A DNA stretch of 63,858 bases, filler included, from Licmophora abbreviata (taxonomy: Eukaryota), in the NCBI GenBank assembly GCA_900291995.1. It is 11 parts of 11 records of this genome, joined end to end, with 100 filler letters (N's around TTAATTAATTAA, not from the genome) between each part and the next. Parts side by side here need not be neighbours in the genome. Positions count along the whole stretch, not along the records: positions 16,628 to 28,146 come from OLMU01001347.1; positions 28,247 to 38,902 come from OLMU01001348.1; 9 more parts are not named here. One strand, given 5' to 3'. The notes under the pieces are model-generated. The model made no database searches. It was not told the DNA's origin and was given only the letters and a program-made list of their open reading frames with translations. The translations under genes and the position numbers were made by a program. Positions 22,914 to 36,688 of this stretch are shown in pieces. How positions within the stretch are numbered: position 1 is the stretch's first letter; each line of letters opens with the position of its first letter.

Positions 22914-25900
22914 ATGGGTCTGCCCATTGCCCTCGGTGGCAAGACGGTGTCGTCGCGTCGGTTGGCACCTCCGTCACCCGAAGAAGTGGTTACTGGAGAA
23001 GAACTGCAGCCTCGAATTCTAGAAAGTCCCTCATGGGTGACTATGACCGTCAGTAAGGATCTCAAACTGTCCATTACGTGCTCGATATCATACTATGAGA
23101 TGGTGCGAAATAGCACCGATCACCATGATGATGTGGATCACAGAATCGCCGAGCTGCGAATCCAGATAGCCCCATTGGGAGACTCCTATTCATCCCGATA
23201 TCGGGATACTCTACACCGAATCACACTCCCAGAACTTACACAGAATACTCAATCCTCGACTCATCCAGTACAGCCGTCCATCGTGCTGGCCAACGATGGT
23301 CGGAACATGGCATGCATCGTCCCACATTCCCAGGATGCCTCTCAATCCGTGGTGGTAACCTTTCAGCTACGCAAGCCTCGAAGCCCAGCTTCGACATTGC
23401 CTCCGCGACCTTCCTATTTAGGTCCAAACACTGCAGTTTTGACGCGCATCGCCACGAACCCTCGTGTGCTGCATCAAGACGATTCCGTCGTGACGACGGC
23501 CTGTTGCGTGTGCGACGTAGCGACGCATCCCCAGCAACAACCACCGGGGTCATTATCGATGCTTTTGGTTGGATGTGTGGATGGGACGATTTATGCTGCG
23601 TCGTATCGTCCTGCCCGTACTGCCGGACGCTTGTTTCAAACCAATGACGGTGGTGTCAGTAGTAGTATTGCAAGCATGGCGCACATCACCACTTCCTGGG
23701 ACCCTGATGACGGAGCACGAGGACGACTGGTGGCTCTTCTGCAACCGAGTGGACTTGCAGTACTCTTTCAATCGCATATTGTACATTCTGACTCTGCAAT
23801 GACTAAAAAAGAGACCGTGGAAGACGACACTACGAGTCCCAATTCGGACGATGCACACTTCCTGATACATACTGAGCCCGCGATCGATCTGGACGGTCCC
23901 TTTGTCAAGGCTAAGTGGATGACAGGCAGCTATCTTGCGCTGCTATGTCGACCAGACCACCGGTCGTCCGTGGCGGGTGAAGTCTGGGCACTTGCACCGT
24001 CCCTATCGGATCCCGCCGAGCCCATCTCGACCCTCACCATGAATGCCGAACGACTGGAAGAATGCCAGCATGGCACATACAGTATCGGGTCCAACGAAAG
24101 TGAAGAAGCACAGCAAGAACAACAATGGGACGAGCCACCATTGCCTAATGCCATGTGCATGGAGTATGACGAAGAGTCAGGGTGTTTGGCCGTATCATCG
24201 TTGGTGCATGATCAGCATAGTGCAGTTCGGCCTTTCTCGTGTATCTGGAACTGGCGGACCAACGTTGTCGGGCTGACCCTTGCCGCACGGGAAACGTTGA
24301 TCAATACGCAGCGCGAGTCTTTGCTACTCTCGCAGTTGTACTTTGGAAAGGACATGACCGGCGGAAATCGTATCGTACATTGTATAGCTTGTTTGAAACG
24401 CGACGGGCAGAAGGAAGAGTGCATTCGAAAAGAAATATACGAAGCTGGAATCTTATCTCCTGCTAGCAGTGTGAACGCAAAGGGCATATGCCATCTGGAG
24501 GCATCGTCACTGATGCTTTCTTCGAAATCGGTCGGATTTCCAATGATAACGAAGGTACGTAATTTGACATGTTCTCGATCCACCTTCGTCAAGTCGTTTC
24601 GGTTCCACTAACGTACGAGCTTGTTTAGCCTCTTACGGGCGACGACGGAGAGGTGGTTTGGACAGAATCACGCATTCCGACCCATTATACCTCGCGTTGT
24701 GGTCCACCGTGCATCGCGACGATTGGGCGCAAGCGAGGACGATCAATAGCTGTCGCCGGATCCCGTGGACTCTGTGTTCTCGACTGCACTCGAGCTTTAC
24801 CACCTGCTCTGAGGACGGGGTACAAACAACTTTCTGGAAACGAGACCGGACGTGGTGATCCCTCTGGAAAATTTGGCGTTCCCAAATGGCGCATGTTTGG
24901 TAGCGAAGCCGAGGAGCGTAGCTTTCGTGTCCTGGCCTTGACATGGTGGGAAAGCGATAGCCTTACCAAAGTAGGGAACGACGAGGGTTTCTCGGATGAT
25001 CTGCTAGTAGCGCTAGTTCAAGAACCGACCGAGGATGGACAAGGCCGAGTCTATCTTTCATGTTGGTCTCGCCGAGGGTGAGGACCGCATTGTTTTGTGT
25101 CCGAGCTGCCATACTGTCCCTCTGCTCATTTGCCCATGTTCTTTTTTACAGGCTTAACATGCAGAGCCAATTATTGCATTCTGTACAGGGAAAGCGCGCG
25201 AACAATCCGCTCTCTGGAATAGGGCTCGTTTTGCCGGATATCCCGAAGAGCGGATGCTCCATCTCCTTGCTCTCTGAGCCGATGACGTCCCTGGGCTATT
25301 CCGGAGACCGAAAGGCTGTTGTGTTAATCTCCTTCCATGACGGGGATGGCTCCGAACGCCAGGACAATAGCTACTTTCTCTATCACCTTCATGGCCGTGC
25401 CAGTGAACACACGGCGAGAAGGACCTCCGCTGATTTGATCTCCTCTGTCCATGCAGAGGTTGCCTCTCACGGGCGCTTACCAACTTTGACAAATGGATGC
25501 TCAACGGGCGCATTCTTAGCAGGTTGCTCATTCCAGTTCGATCTGACGAAACCAAAGCCTTGTGAGTTTGCTCGTGTTTCTCGTTTTCGCAAATTCTCTT
25601 TTTCGTACGTGATCATTATATTGACCGTCTCACGCTTTCCACCTCGTGTGCTGGATTTTGCAGCCCATGGTGACTCTCACAGATTTCTCGCAACATTGGG
25701 TATCGTCAATGCTGCCGGGAAAGGAATCGATGTTGTTGCGGTGACATCTTCTGGTGTTAACACACCTGCTCATGTGATTTTTCTGGATGGCGCGGACAAC
25801 AAGAGGCCTCTGAAGTCCTGCGAAGTTGCTGGTTTATGGCAATCTGGCACGGTCGCTAACCATGAGTCTATCTCTCGATCCGCGTTGTGTAGCTTCTTTG

Positions 25901-28039
25901 CCTGGACTGTGATGATGCGAGACGGCAATCTTTTCTGTTGGACTGTGCCGAACCTCGACGCGCGGCGTGAAATGGTGAGGGTGCGGACAACTTGATCTAA
26001 GTGCGCTTTGCCATTTGTACTAACCGTTTGGCCTGTGTTTTGGTTCCCAACAGATGGTAGTCAGTGACGCGGGAGTTGACTTTTCTTCCCATGCACAGTG
26101 TTTGGAGAAGGATGGTCTTCTTCCACCCGTGTTCTTGTGTGCCAGCGACGACCCCGACGCCGCGCTGCCGCTGCTTTTCGGTACTGTCGCATATATTGGT
26201 GATTCATCGACTTGGCTGCAAGAAGCCTCTCATGCGAATCGAGTCCAGTTTTCCCTTGGATGCCTCCCCGGTTCAGAATTTGGATGCATTCTGCGTGCCA
26301 CTCAGGGGTCAAGAGATCTTCATCGAGTAGCACCCGCTGGTGCAGACGACGAAATGAGTGGTCCCAGTCTTCTCGACCACGAGATATTCTTCATTGGCGA
26401 CACCACCATGGCCCCGCCTGCATTCGTGAGCTCCTTCTTCGCCATTCTTCTCGCATCGGCAAACGAGAATGCTCTCCGCATTAGCGAGGGGGGCTCGGTA
26501 CCGCGAGCATGGGACTTTCAGGTGAGTCATCAGGTTCTGTTGAACAATCACGTCCCACGAGGGTGGCTCAATTGTGATTCATTGTCGTTGTAGGCGATGA
26601 AGCAAATGACCATTCTATCGGTCAAGGCGTATGCGGCAGCGGATACAATCACAACAGCTCTCCGTGTCCTGATTCTTCGAGTCGTCGAGATTGTCGCAAG
26701 AGAGTCAGAAAAGTCCCGCACCGACTCCGCAATGCTCGCCACCTCGCTGTTTTCCGAGCTAGTCGATGCCGCTCGCTCGTTGGTTACGCCAATGCAGTTT
26801 GTGGCCTTGTTTTTGGGTGTCGCTCGCCAGATAGAACCAAGCTGCATTCCGCACCTATTTCCGTTGCCCTCATCCACTTCTTCTTTCCGCAGTAACGCTC
26901 AATCAGTCGAGGGGTGGCGATCTGTGAACGACCTCTTTCTTGCCTCATTATACCATGGGTCTCTGTCATCGCCATCCTCAGCTCTCCCTTTGTTTTCTTC
27001 GAAACGGATAACCTTACTCAAGTGCGTCGACCTTCTGAAACACTGCTTGCTGGCATTTGAAGAGAGCGCTTGCGTCGAGGCCGCCACTCTGCAGGATGCA
27101 TACCGAGAAGAACGAGGTGCGATCCGCGATTTGTTCTTGTTCGGAATCAAGCTTGAAAATGCCGGCTTGTCTGACGAAAGACCATCACAGAGGCAGACGA
27201 TACGCATGGAAAACGGGGGACTTGAAGAGAACAGCTTAAGTACTGCCGCTTCGTCTTTCGTCAATGTGAAACCTCCACAGGCACGAGCGACTAAGGGCAG
27301 GCGATCCATCTGCAGCCTTCTGTTACCCTCTATTCTTACGGGGAAGTACCAGAGGGCCCATGAAGAAGATGCGATCCACGAAGCAGCTTCTTCCTTCATA
27401 TCATCAGGATTCGAGGAATCCGATTTCGAGTTCGTCCCTTTGACGCAAGCCAGTGTTCCGCTCGAGATAAGCTACGAAGACGCTTGCGACGTCAGCGTAG
27501 CTGGTGCGATCGTCGACTTTTTGCTCTCTCTGTGCCTGGACCGCAAGCCAATCAAGCCGTACTATCGGTGGAAGAAAGCTCGAGCGCTTGCACAAATGGT
27601 GGTCGGGGAAGACAACAAGCGCGCGTCCTTTGATATCAGATCCCCTCTCGTCATTGGCTTCAAGAATCTGGCTGCTCTTATTCCTCTGTCAGCATTCTCT
27701 GTACTCGCTAAAGCAACCAGTCGAAAGCACGACGAACTGGTCGAAAGTAAGCAGCTCGTCGCCGAGTTATTGGCGGAGAAGATAGTAGAGTGCGATGACG
27801 AGCTCGATTCAAACGACGCACTCTTGGTGCTTCGCCTCGTTTGTACGCTTCTTGCTAGACACGAACACAGCGAGGATGTTGAGTCTTGTATTTCCGGAAT
27901 CATATTCCTGGGACTAGTCGCTGGACACGTTGCGGGAATCGCCAAGGACCTACTAGGGACGACGTTCGAACGGAGTGCCATTGGATCAAGCTACGCCGTC
28001 GCGTTGCATGACCTTTCCCTTCGACAAGTAGTAATATAG
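22914..28039 (+). CDS. RIC1: RIC1-like Rab6/Ypt6 GEF complex subunit, 6 exons
   Basis: IAVAGSRGL...KWRMFGSEAEERSF...LTWW and VARQIEPSCIPHLF resemble conserved RIC1 blocks. In-phase GT-AG introns at ~24556-24628, 25078-25151, ~25562-25663, ~25975-26053 and ~26522-26593. Confidence 0.75.
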
Positions 28040-28062
28040 AAAGTCCACTACTGTATCTTGTA

Positions 28063-28330
28063 GTGCTCATATACCCGATGCCCTTTTGATTTGTTACTTT
28101 CGTCAATCGTCATTATGTACTACTCTAGCTAAAACAAAACTCGCGTNNNNNNNNNNNNNNNNNNNNNNNNNNNNNNNNNNNNNNNNNNNNTTAATTAATT
28201 AANNNNNNNNNNNNNNNNNNNNNNNNNNNNNNNNNNNNNNNNNNNNGTGCTCATACACCCGATGCCCTTTTGATTTGTTACTTTCGTCAATCGTCATTAT
28301 GTACTACTCTAGCTAAAACAAAACTCGCGT
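28063..28330. repeat. 84-nt duplicated contig overlap flanking a linker
   Basis: 28063-28146 equals 28247-28330 with one T/C difference. Assembly overlap, possibly two alleles. Confidence 0.9.
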
Positions 28331-28529
28331 TTTATGCACAAGGCGCGATTTCGATCGATTCTCTCGTCGTCGTTTGTTGCGTGTATGTGGCAGCAGTGGT
28401 CACCGCGCGACGTGCCCCACCATCAATGGATCGCAATAACCCACAGCTTCCACTTGTCCTATACCGCCTCCTGGACTTCTTCAATTCAATTGTACAACCT
28501 CTCCCCTCCCTTCACATGTCAGTCTTGTC

Positions 28530-29351
28530 TCAAAGAATTACACAGCCATTCGATTCTGCTTCATTCAAAAGCCCATCATCCTTTTCAATCTCCTTAATGA
28601 GCGTGTGAAAGACGTCCGCCACATTTTCAGCCGTCTTGGCCGAACATTCGACGTAGGGGACGCCCCATGCGTCTGCCAGTTTCTGTGCATCCTGCTCTGA
28701 GATTTGCCGTTGATGGGCCAAGTCGTGCATGCTGCCGACCAAGACGCGCGGAACGTCCGGAAGGTCGCCGAGTGAATTCAACAGGGATTCATTGACCTCT
28801 TGGATGCGTTCAAAGGACTGTCTGGAGACGATGCTAAAGACAAGCGCATACCCATTAACTCCAAGAGAGGCGTTACGGGACAAGCGAGAGTACTCGTCCT
28901 AACAAAATTTGAAAAAAGTAGTAATAAACTATAGTGTGAGTAGACTTTCTCGTCAAACAAGGATGGTAAACAAAAGATTTACTCCATACTCAAGCAGCAG
29001 AAGCATCAGTACCTACCATGCCTGCTGTATCGACAATATCAGTGGCAAAGTGTACTTTGCGGAATCGAATTGTCTTGTGGTGTGTGGATTCAATCGTCGG
29101 GTCGTATCTGCAAGATTCGAAAACGAGGAGAGGCGGGGAATTGTGAGACATTTACCTGATCCTGAAAGCGACTATCGATCTCTTCGAAACGAGCTGTACA
29201 TCCGACCCACTTACGTATCGGAAAAGGTGCCATTGACAAAGGCGTTGGTGAGCGATGTTTTGCCGACTGCTCGAAAGCCCAAAATTGCGACCTTTCGATG
29301 CAGCGTCGTCGGATCCTTGGGACCTGCGTTGCTCCCACCCGTGTTTGCCAT
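28530..29351 (-). CDS. RHEB: Rheb small GTPase, 3 exons
   Basis: RKVAILGFRAVGKTS (Rheb-type Arg in G1), YDPTIEST, DTAGMDEYS, ECSAK and CaaX box CVIL. Introns ~29109-29212 and ~28899-29016. Confidence 0.93.
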
Positions 29352-29970
29352 GTCGTTCTATATAGTCTCCAAAGTAAGATGAAAACGGGGCGGGGCGGCT
29401 GCTAGGGCATGAAGGAGGAGGGGGGTATAGTGTTCAGGAGGACGAGTGTTGTGTTTTCGCGGTTTGCTCTTGGTACCGGTAAGTAATCACATGTCTCCGT
29501 CGGAGGTCGTCCCGCACACTGCTCTCATAGAGCAAACCATGCTCGACAGATAAGTCGCCGTACAATCTCCTATCAAACCTACACAACGAAAATGCACAAT
29601 ACTCAGCAAACACGTGTGACGTACCACTACGACATGGAAGTGACATGAGAAACCTTCAAGCCTGAATACATTTGATAATCAGAATCGACATACGCCCTTT
29701 TGGGGAATTTCTCTCGTCTGGAAGTCGTCAGGTTTGGCGCCAATCTGCGTGAAAACTGAAAGATCTGCGGAGCAGAGAAGAAAGCAATCTCAGGCCTCAA
29801 ACGATCGGTGGCATTCCACGTGACGAAAGATCTTTGCAAAGCGCTTTGAGCAAACGCAGCGCATCACGACCAATACAATTGAAAGTCGACATTCCCATTC
29901 TTCACTTTGAACACGGCGACACCATCCGCACACGGTCAAGAGAGCCAGCTAGCTCCATCGATCCCCAAAG

Positions 29971-32495
29971 ATGATGATGGCTCGTACACATGGATTTCTT
30001 CGAATCGTGTCGCTCATGATGCTCCTAGCGACGAGATCATCCAGTTTCACGCTGGCGCCGCCTCCAAAATCAAATTTGGTATCCTCTCCCGCTGTCATTC
30101 GACGGATATACTCCACCCGACTTTATCCAAACTCCTTCTCATCCAAAACACGGCTCTCCTCTCTCGCCGAACTCGTGGAAGATGTAAAGACGAGTGCCGC
30201 CCTCAAACCGCAGCACCCTCGAACACTTTTTGTAGGCGGTAAGGGAGGAGTCGGAAAGACCAGTATCTCTGCCGCGCTCGCAGTGAATCTGGCGTCAAAA
30301 ATGGAAGATGATCTGAACGTTTTGATTGTATCTACAGATCCTGCTCATTCCTTGGGCGATGCCTTGGATGTCGAGCTGCGAAGTAGTCACGGTCGACCCG
30401 TCGTCATGACAGACACATTGACGGGTGGGAGGTTGCACGCATGCGAAGTCGATACGGAAAAAGCGCTGCAAGAATTTCAATCTTCCGTGGAGGCCTTTGA
30501 TGTGGAGCGCATGGCGACCGCCTTGGGCGTATCGCCCTCGCTCTTGGAAAGCTTTGGTCTTGGTGAGTTCAGCGGCCTGTTGCAGAATCCACCTCCAGGA
30601 CTGGACGAACTCGTGGCACTCTCCAATGTCTTGGACAATCCAGAATTGACCCAAAAGTTTGATGTCATTCTGGTGGATACTGCACCCACAGGACATACGC
30701 TACGCTTACTCCAACTACCCCAGTTTTTGGATGGACTCTTGGGCAAATTGGTCAAATTGAGATTGAAATTGTCCGGACTTGCTTCGACATTGCAGTCCCT
30801 CTTTGGTGACACTGAAGCATCTCAGCGTGCCCAGACCATTGACACGGCTGTGAATAAGCTGGAAGAGTTTCAGCGCAAAATGAAAACATTGACCACCCGA
30901 TTGCAAGATCACGACCAGACATCCTTCCTCGTCGTCACGATACCGACCAAGCTCAGTGTGGCGGAAAGCCAACGACTCATGATGGAACTGGATTCGCAGG
31001 GGGTGAGCGTGACTGATATTGTAGTGAATCAGTGTGTGGGAGAAACGGGAGGTATGTGCATCTGAGGTTTGAGCTTTTTCTTTTCCATCAGCCGGTTCTC
31101 ACCCACTCTCCATCTTGTTATCGCAGACGAAACTTCCGAAGCACTTAAGTCATACTACGATAGACGAAAGGCTGGTCAGCAGCGATGGTTGGGCGAATTA
31201 CAAAAATCAATTGATGAAGTGAGCAGTACAAAAGAGTACAAGGCAAACGGAAATACAGGACCAATTGCGTTGACCCAAGTGCCATTCTTTGATGTAGAGT
31301 TAATCGGTGTCCCAGCGCTGGCCTATCTGGGTCGATGCCTCTCAGATACTCCTCATTTCTCCTATCTAATGGATGAGTCAGACGACGACGATGACACCCG
31401 AGTTGTCATATGCGGCGGGAAGGGCGGAGTGGGCAAGACAACAACCTCAGCTTCGCTCGCGGTGACAATGGCATCCAAAGGTCACAACGTTGCTCTGATT
31501 AGTACTGATCCAGCTCATAGTTTGGGAGATGCGATCGATATGGATCTTTCTGGAGGTGCTCTTATCGACTGTCCGCTCGTTGGCGTCCCACCAACAGAAG
31601 GGTCGCTCGAGGTGATGGAAATTGACCCGTCTGCCGCGCTTGGACAGTTCAAGAGTGTTGTTGACCAGCTCGTAGGAACCAAATCTGATGGAGAGAGCGG
31701 CGGTCAAAATTTGGGAAATACACTGAAAGAGATTGGCGAGATATTTGACACGCTCCCAGCGGGAACTGATGAAGTCGTTGCCTTGGCAAAAGTCGTCAAT
31801 CTGGTCAAGAAGGGCGACTTCGATCGGATAATCCTCGATACGGCACCGACGGGACACACATTACGGATGCTGACAACTCCCGGCTTTTTGGCAGACTTGA
31901 TTGAAAAAGTCCTGGCCATTTCGGCAAAGTTAAATTCAAACAGTGCTTTGAAGGTATGTCAATGCGAATTGTGCAGATTCGGTGACAAGTGGAATACTCT
32001 CATAGATCCCCGTGTTGTTCGCAGATGTTCATCCGCTCGGCCAGTAAGGGTGAAGATTTTGAAAGCGTACAAGAGAGGGCCAGGTCCACACTTCTCTCAT
32101 TCCAGCTACAGATGTGGGATTTGGAGGACCTATTTGCGAATCCTTTGCAGACCGAGTTCTTGATTGTCACTGTGCCAACTGAGCTAGCTACGAGAGAAAG
32201 TATTCGACTGCTGAATGATTTGACATTTGAAGCCCCAGACATGCCGATCAAAGTAAGGAATGTGGTAGCGAATCAGGTGCTGGACGAGGATGGCGCCGAT
32301 GTCGAGAACTTTCTGAAGCGAGTTCACGATAGTCAGGCCAGGTCTATTAGAGAGATTGAAGGCACTTTGTCTGCCATACCCAACCCACCTACTGTCACTC
32401 GAGTCGAGTACCTCGACACTGAGCCTCGTGGTGTATTCGGCCTCAAGGTTCTCGCAGACGAGCTACTGAAGGAACCTTCTCAGGTAACAACATAG
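29971..32495 (+). CDS. ArsA/GET3-family ATPase with two tandem ATPase domains, plastid-targeted, 3 exons
   Basis: GGKGGVGKT, STDPAHSLGD and DTAPTGHTLR each occur twice. Signal peptide + SSSFTL. Introns ~31052-31126 and ~31954-32024. Confidence 0.92.
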
Positions 32496-32531
32496 CGCAA
32501 ATAATATACAGCATTATTAAAAAGCAATGAA

Positions 32532-35443
32532 CTACATGCCGAGATCCTCCGTTCCACACCGTGAAAGTGGCAGAGGAACGCGGTCGGGTGACTTGTTGCC
32601 GACGTCGTTGACAGTGCCAATCTGGCCCCATGCACCAGCTCTCATCGCCTTCTGGACAATCGCGTGATCCTCAAGATGCAGAAGTGTCATGCGACTTGTC
32701 GGCATGGCCGACGGGTCCCAGTTTCGTCCAAACATTCGTTGCTTCCAGTATCCGTCACCTTCGAGTCCCATGGCAGAGACGCCATTAATGCCTCCCCACG
32801 CGAGGCCGAGATTGTAGATCGATCGGTGTTTGTTCAAGAAACATACCATGGAATCTAGATTCCGAGGCGATATGGAGAACTCTTGAATGTAACAACCAAT
32901 ATTCAACTGGAACATCTTCTTGTAGTCTTCTATCGTCGACATGTACATCGACGGCTGTTGCATTGCACTGGGGACCGTGTAACTCGGGTATGCGTACGGA
33001 TGAAAGGGCTTTTCATCGTCCAGTTCGATATCACCGTACGACAAAGTCCGCTCCGATTGTACAGGACCACAACATGCCATGTTCGACACTTCACTTGGTT
33101 CAGACCAGAAGAGCGATCCGGCATTAAAATATACCGTGTCGCCCACGTTGACCTGAGCAAACACGAAAGTCGATTGTAAGCTAAGCGCGACACCACCGTT
33201 GTACAGAGACACAATCACGCTCTCACCTCATTGGCGTGGCATGCCTTTTGCATGTCACCAGCAGAGTGGAAGAATCGGATCTCGTTCACCTTCGAAGAAC
33301 ATAATGACCCTATGGATCTTAGTTCGCCTATGTCAAATGAACCGAGACCTTCGACCAAGATACCGCGAGATCGAATATTGTCAACGAGGCGTGCCCAGAC
33401 TCTCGGAGGGACCCGTCGCGATTTCAGATCAAGAACAACACGTAATGGAGCACCCAAAAGGTTCTCAATCTGCTTGGCGCTTTTGGCCATGGAAGATTGG
33501 ATATTCGCTTTACTCTCAGAGGAATCACGATATCCTAGACAAAGGGATACCCCACACAACAGTGGTTGCGAGATGCGCTCGTGTTCGAATCCTGCGGCAG
33601 AGTCGTCATCATCTCCAGTAAATGACGAGAAAGCTTGAAGCTGTTCCGACTGACCAAGTCGAAGAGCTTTCACGAACAGGGAAAGCCAACTGTCTACGAA
33701 GATTCCTGCCGCACCGGCTGATGCTTTTCCTGGCATGTCAGGCCATTCGATTGTCTCGCCTACCTGCTCATACGATGTATCGGATCTACGATTCAGTCGT
33801 AAGCTTCGCTTGCCCCACGAATTGGCCGCGTGCTGCCGGCGCTCCATACGTTTTGATTCACACCCGCGTACAAGATTAGAAAACGTATACCGCGAGCCGA
33901 CGCCCAGTGCCTCAGCTGCAAGCTGAGACGCCGAGCCATGCGCCAGAATCATGCGAGTAATCAAGATGCCAACAAGCCTGTCGACTTCAATTTCAGAGGC
34001 TACGATTTCCTCCGAATCGCTCTCGCTGCTGGCAGCAGCATTCTCTGCCTTCTGCATAGCGACCTCCACTTTACTAGCAAGGATAGGATCCAAGAAGACG
34101 TCCCACTCAAGCGCAGGTACTAAAGTCCGTTCGTCATTATTTGCAGACTCAACTCCAGAGTCGCTATTGGAAATCCCAAACGCGGCCACAACAGGATTGT
34201 TTTCGGCCCACTTCATAATTTTCGCCGTCTGTATCAAGTCAGAGCTCTTTCTGCGCTTCGCCAGCTCATGCTCACGACGTAGTAGCTCTACAACATCGGC
34301 ATGTGCCTCGGGCATTAGCGATCGCAGAATTCGCATCCACTGCATGTTTCGCAGCATCAATGGAGCCGCCGGTGCGTAGCTTCCGTGTACGTAGGGAATC
34401 CGTGCAATAGATTCGACTGGCACCCCGAGATCGTCACGGTCGACAGTCAGCGCCGAGTCAGACGCACGGATTCCGGAAAAGCTTGGGAAATTCGTCGGCG
34501 TGTCTTGCGAGTCGTCATCCAATGTTCCGCTCGCGCTACCTATCATTGTGTCAATACGCGTCTCTCCCATTGACGGCCCCTGCTCCTCATGCGATGGCCC
34601 ACTGGCACCACTGGTATCTCGATCAGGCGGCTTGTGCGTTTTTCTCATCAGACTTATCACTTCCATAGTTTCAAACGGGGGCCCATACCAGGACTCTGGA
34701 TTTGTTCGGGGAGGATTCAGGATAGGATACATAAGATAATCATTGCCCTGAGATTGTTCGGATCTGCTCTCTCCGAACATGTCAACTTCAGTTATACTGC
34801 TGCCGTCATTGTCATCGTCTAGCATGGAGGACCGGTAGCCGGTGTTTGGCGTGTCGTTGCTCCGCACGACGAACATTTTTGCACACCCTTTTGCGCCATC
34901 GTCATCGAATTCGCTCTCCACAGCGGAAGATCCAACAATAATGGGCGTCTTTATCATTTGAACTGGCAGCGCATCGACTGTATTCTCCGGGTGATTCGTT
35001 CGATCATCTTTGCAATGGTACCTATCTTCGCCGTGGTTGGATTCGGCGCACTGGGCGTGACCGAGGAAGCTTTGTTGGACGACCATATCGTTATCCGAGG
35101 ACCCAAACTGTACCGTTGAAGAAGTTTGGGACGACATGTCACAATCCGTGGTGCCACATCCCTCCATACTAGCGGTGCTATGTGTGCCCTTCGGCCCCGC
35201 GATGGCTGCAGCTCCGCCGAAAAGCTCGTTGCCGTGGCAGCCTGGCTTCGAGGCCGAGAAGCTTTCCTCTGGGCGATCTTGAGAGAAAGGTTCGGATTTA
35301 AGTCCCATACTTATCAGTGAATTGTGTTCCATGTGATACATTTCAGCCTCATCCTCGTGACTAAGACCAGTGACAGACTGTTTGGCGCCAAGACGATCGC
35401 GACGAGCTGAACCCACAAAGCGTTCGCCGTCGGACAGCACCAT
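32532..35443 (-). CDS. Hypothetical protein; disordered N-half, alpha/beta C-terminal domain (possibly phosphodiesterase-like)
   Basis: 742-aa and 228-aa ORFs joined in frame by intron 33153-33226 (...ACHANE|VNVGDTVYFNAGSL). Fold guess rests on LRVVLDLKS and GLGSFD only. Confidence 0.6.
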
Positions 35444-36220
35444 GATTTATTTTTCTTCTGGATAGTCCTGGCGACTCTGAAGCCAAGAAAATGAACTTTC
35501 GATGAATGGCGAGAAGAAAAGCTGGGCAGTTACGACACAGTCCCGTGAGCGATGGTTGGGAGCGTTCGTCTACTGGATGTGACGACGTGACGACAAAGTG
35601 GCGTTTTGGTCGACGGCCTCTCGAAGTGTGACATCGTTCATCGTTGCAACACGGCACGCGCTCGAGAACATCGGAGCAGCAAAGCATTTTACGATATACA
35701 TTGATATATACACGTAATCTTTATGTGAGAAACGACAACGAAAGATGGCTCGCTCGTAGCACTGTCTGTCCATGGTCCATTGTGGGTTATGATTTTCTCA
35801 TGATTCTGCACGCAAACCTCTTCGCATGGCGGTCTTTGACGTCCTACCGTACCTGGTACCGGTAATAGTCTAGACCTCTCTAGGCTATTCTACAACCGCC
35901 ATCCGGAGGATCCTCGTCCTGTTCCTGGTGCGATGGATGGAATCTGTTTCACAAGTCTTTTAGTTAACCAACTGATCGATCTACGCACGAACAATGCTTG
36001 CAATGATGATCGTCATATTTTAGTCACATTAACTAACTTCTGTTGTGCGTATGGGGCAGACGGCTAGATGGAAAGACCACTACGCCGTGCCGACATAAAT
36101 AGTTATCATCACTGTCAAATAATCCTTTCGAAACTTACAGATAGATCTACAAACAGTCGGACCACAGAGTCACAGAGCCCAGACACAAACGGATAACAAC
36201 TGCCCCCCACTGGCACATCG

Positions 36221-36688
36221 TTACTTGGTTCCCCATCCGAGTCTCCGCATCCTCATAAGAGCAAGCTTGCAAGTCCAGAATGAAATGAAGCTTTGAAGCG
36301 GGTTCTGGCTCTTAATGCTTACAGAAGGAGCGCCTGCCACCTTGGTAGGAACCGAGACTTCTTCGACACTCTCCATCGTCGGCACCTCGATGGGCACAAC
36401 GACGAATTTTTGGGGCGCTTTTTTCTGAACAGTGGAGGGGACCTGCTTGAATTGGGAGAAGAAATCGGCAACTTGCTCGTTCTTGTGCTCGTGTGCCTTC
36501 ATCACGGTCATCGCAGCCGTCGTGATGTATAGTGCGAAAGGTAAAAGGTCAATCACATCGGAACTCATGCTCATTTGAGTTTTGGAATGCGTCATAGTAG
36601 TCGTACGAGTCTGCAACGTGGTATGAGGTGCAAAGGCAGAGACAGAGGCCGCCACCAAGGCCATGGTTAAAAGGAAGATGCACTTCAT
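36221..36688 (-). CDS. Small plastid-targeted protein of unknown function
   Basis: MKCIFLLTMALVAASVSAFAP is a textbook ASAFAP bipartite signal, followed by a Thr-rich transit peptide and one hydrophobic helix. Confidence 0.75.
   Translation of the reverse strand: MKCIFLLTMALVAASVSAFAPHTTLQTRTTTMTHSKTQMSMSSDVIDLLPFALYITTAAMTVMKAHEHKNEQVADFFSQFKQVPSTVQKKAPQKFVVVPIEVPTMESVEEVSVPTKVAGAPSVSIKSQNPLQSFISFWTCKLALMRMRRLGWGTK

Noticed and set aside
29971..32495. Bacterial contamination or operon suggested by ArsA, TsaE, pirin and PhoX
   Set aside because: ArsA, TsaE and the PhoX fusion carry spliceosomal introns and eukaryotic targeting signals, and all four share contigs with clearly eukaryotic genes.
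36003..36111. Box C-like ATGATGA/GTGATGA in an intergenic region
   Set aside because: No matching box D or terminal stem at a suitable distance.
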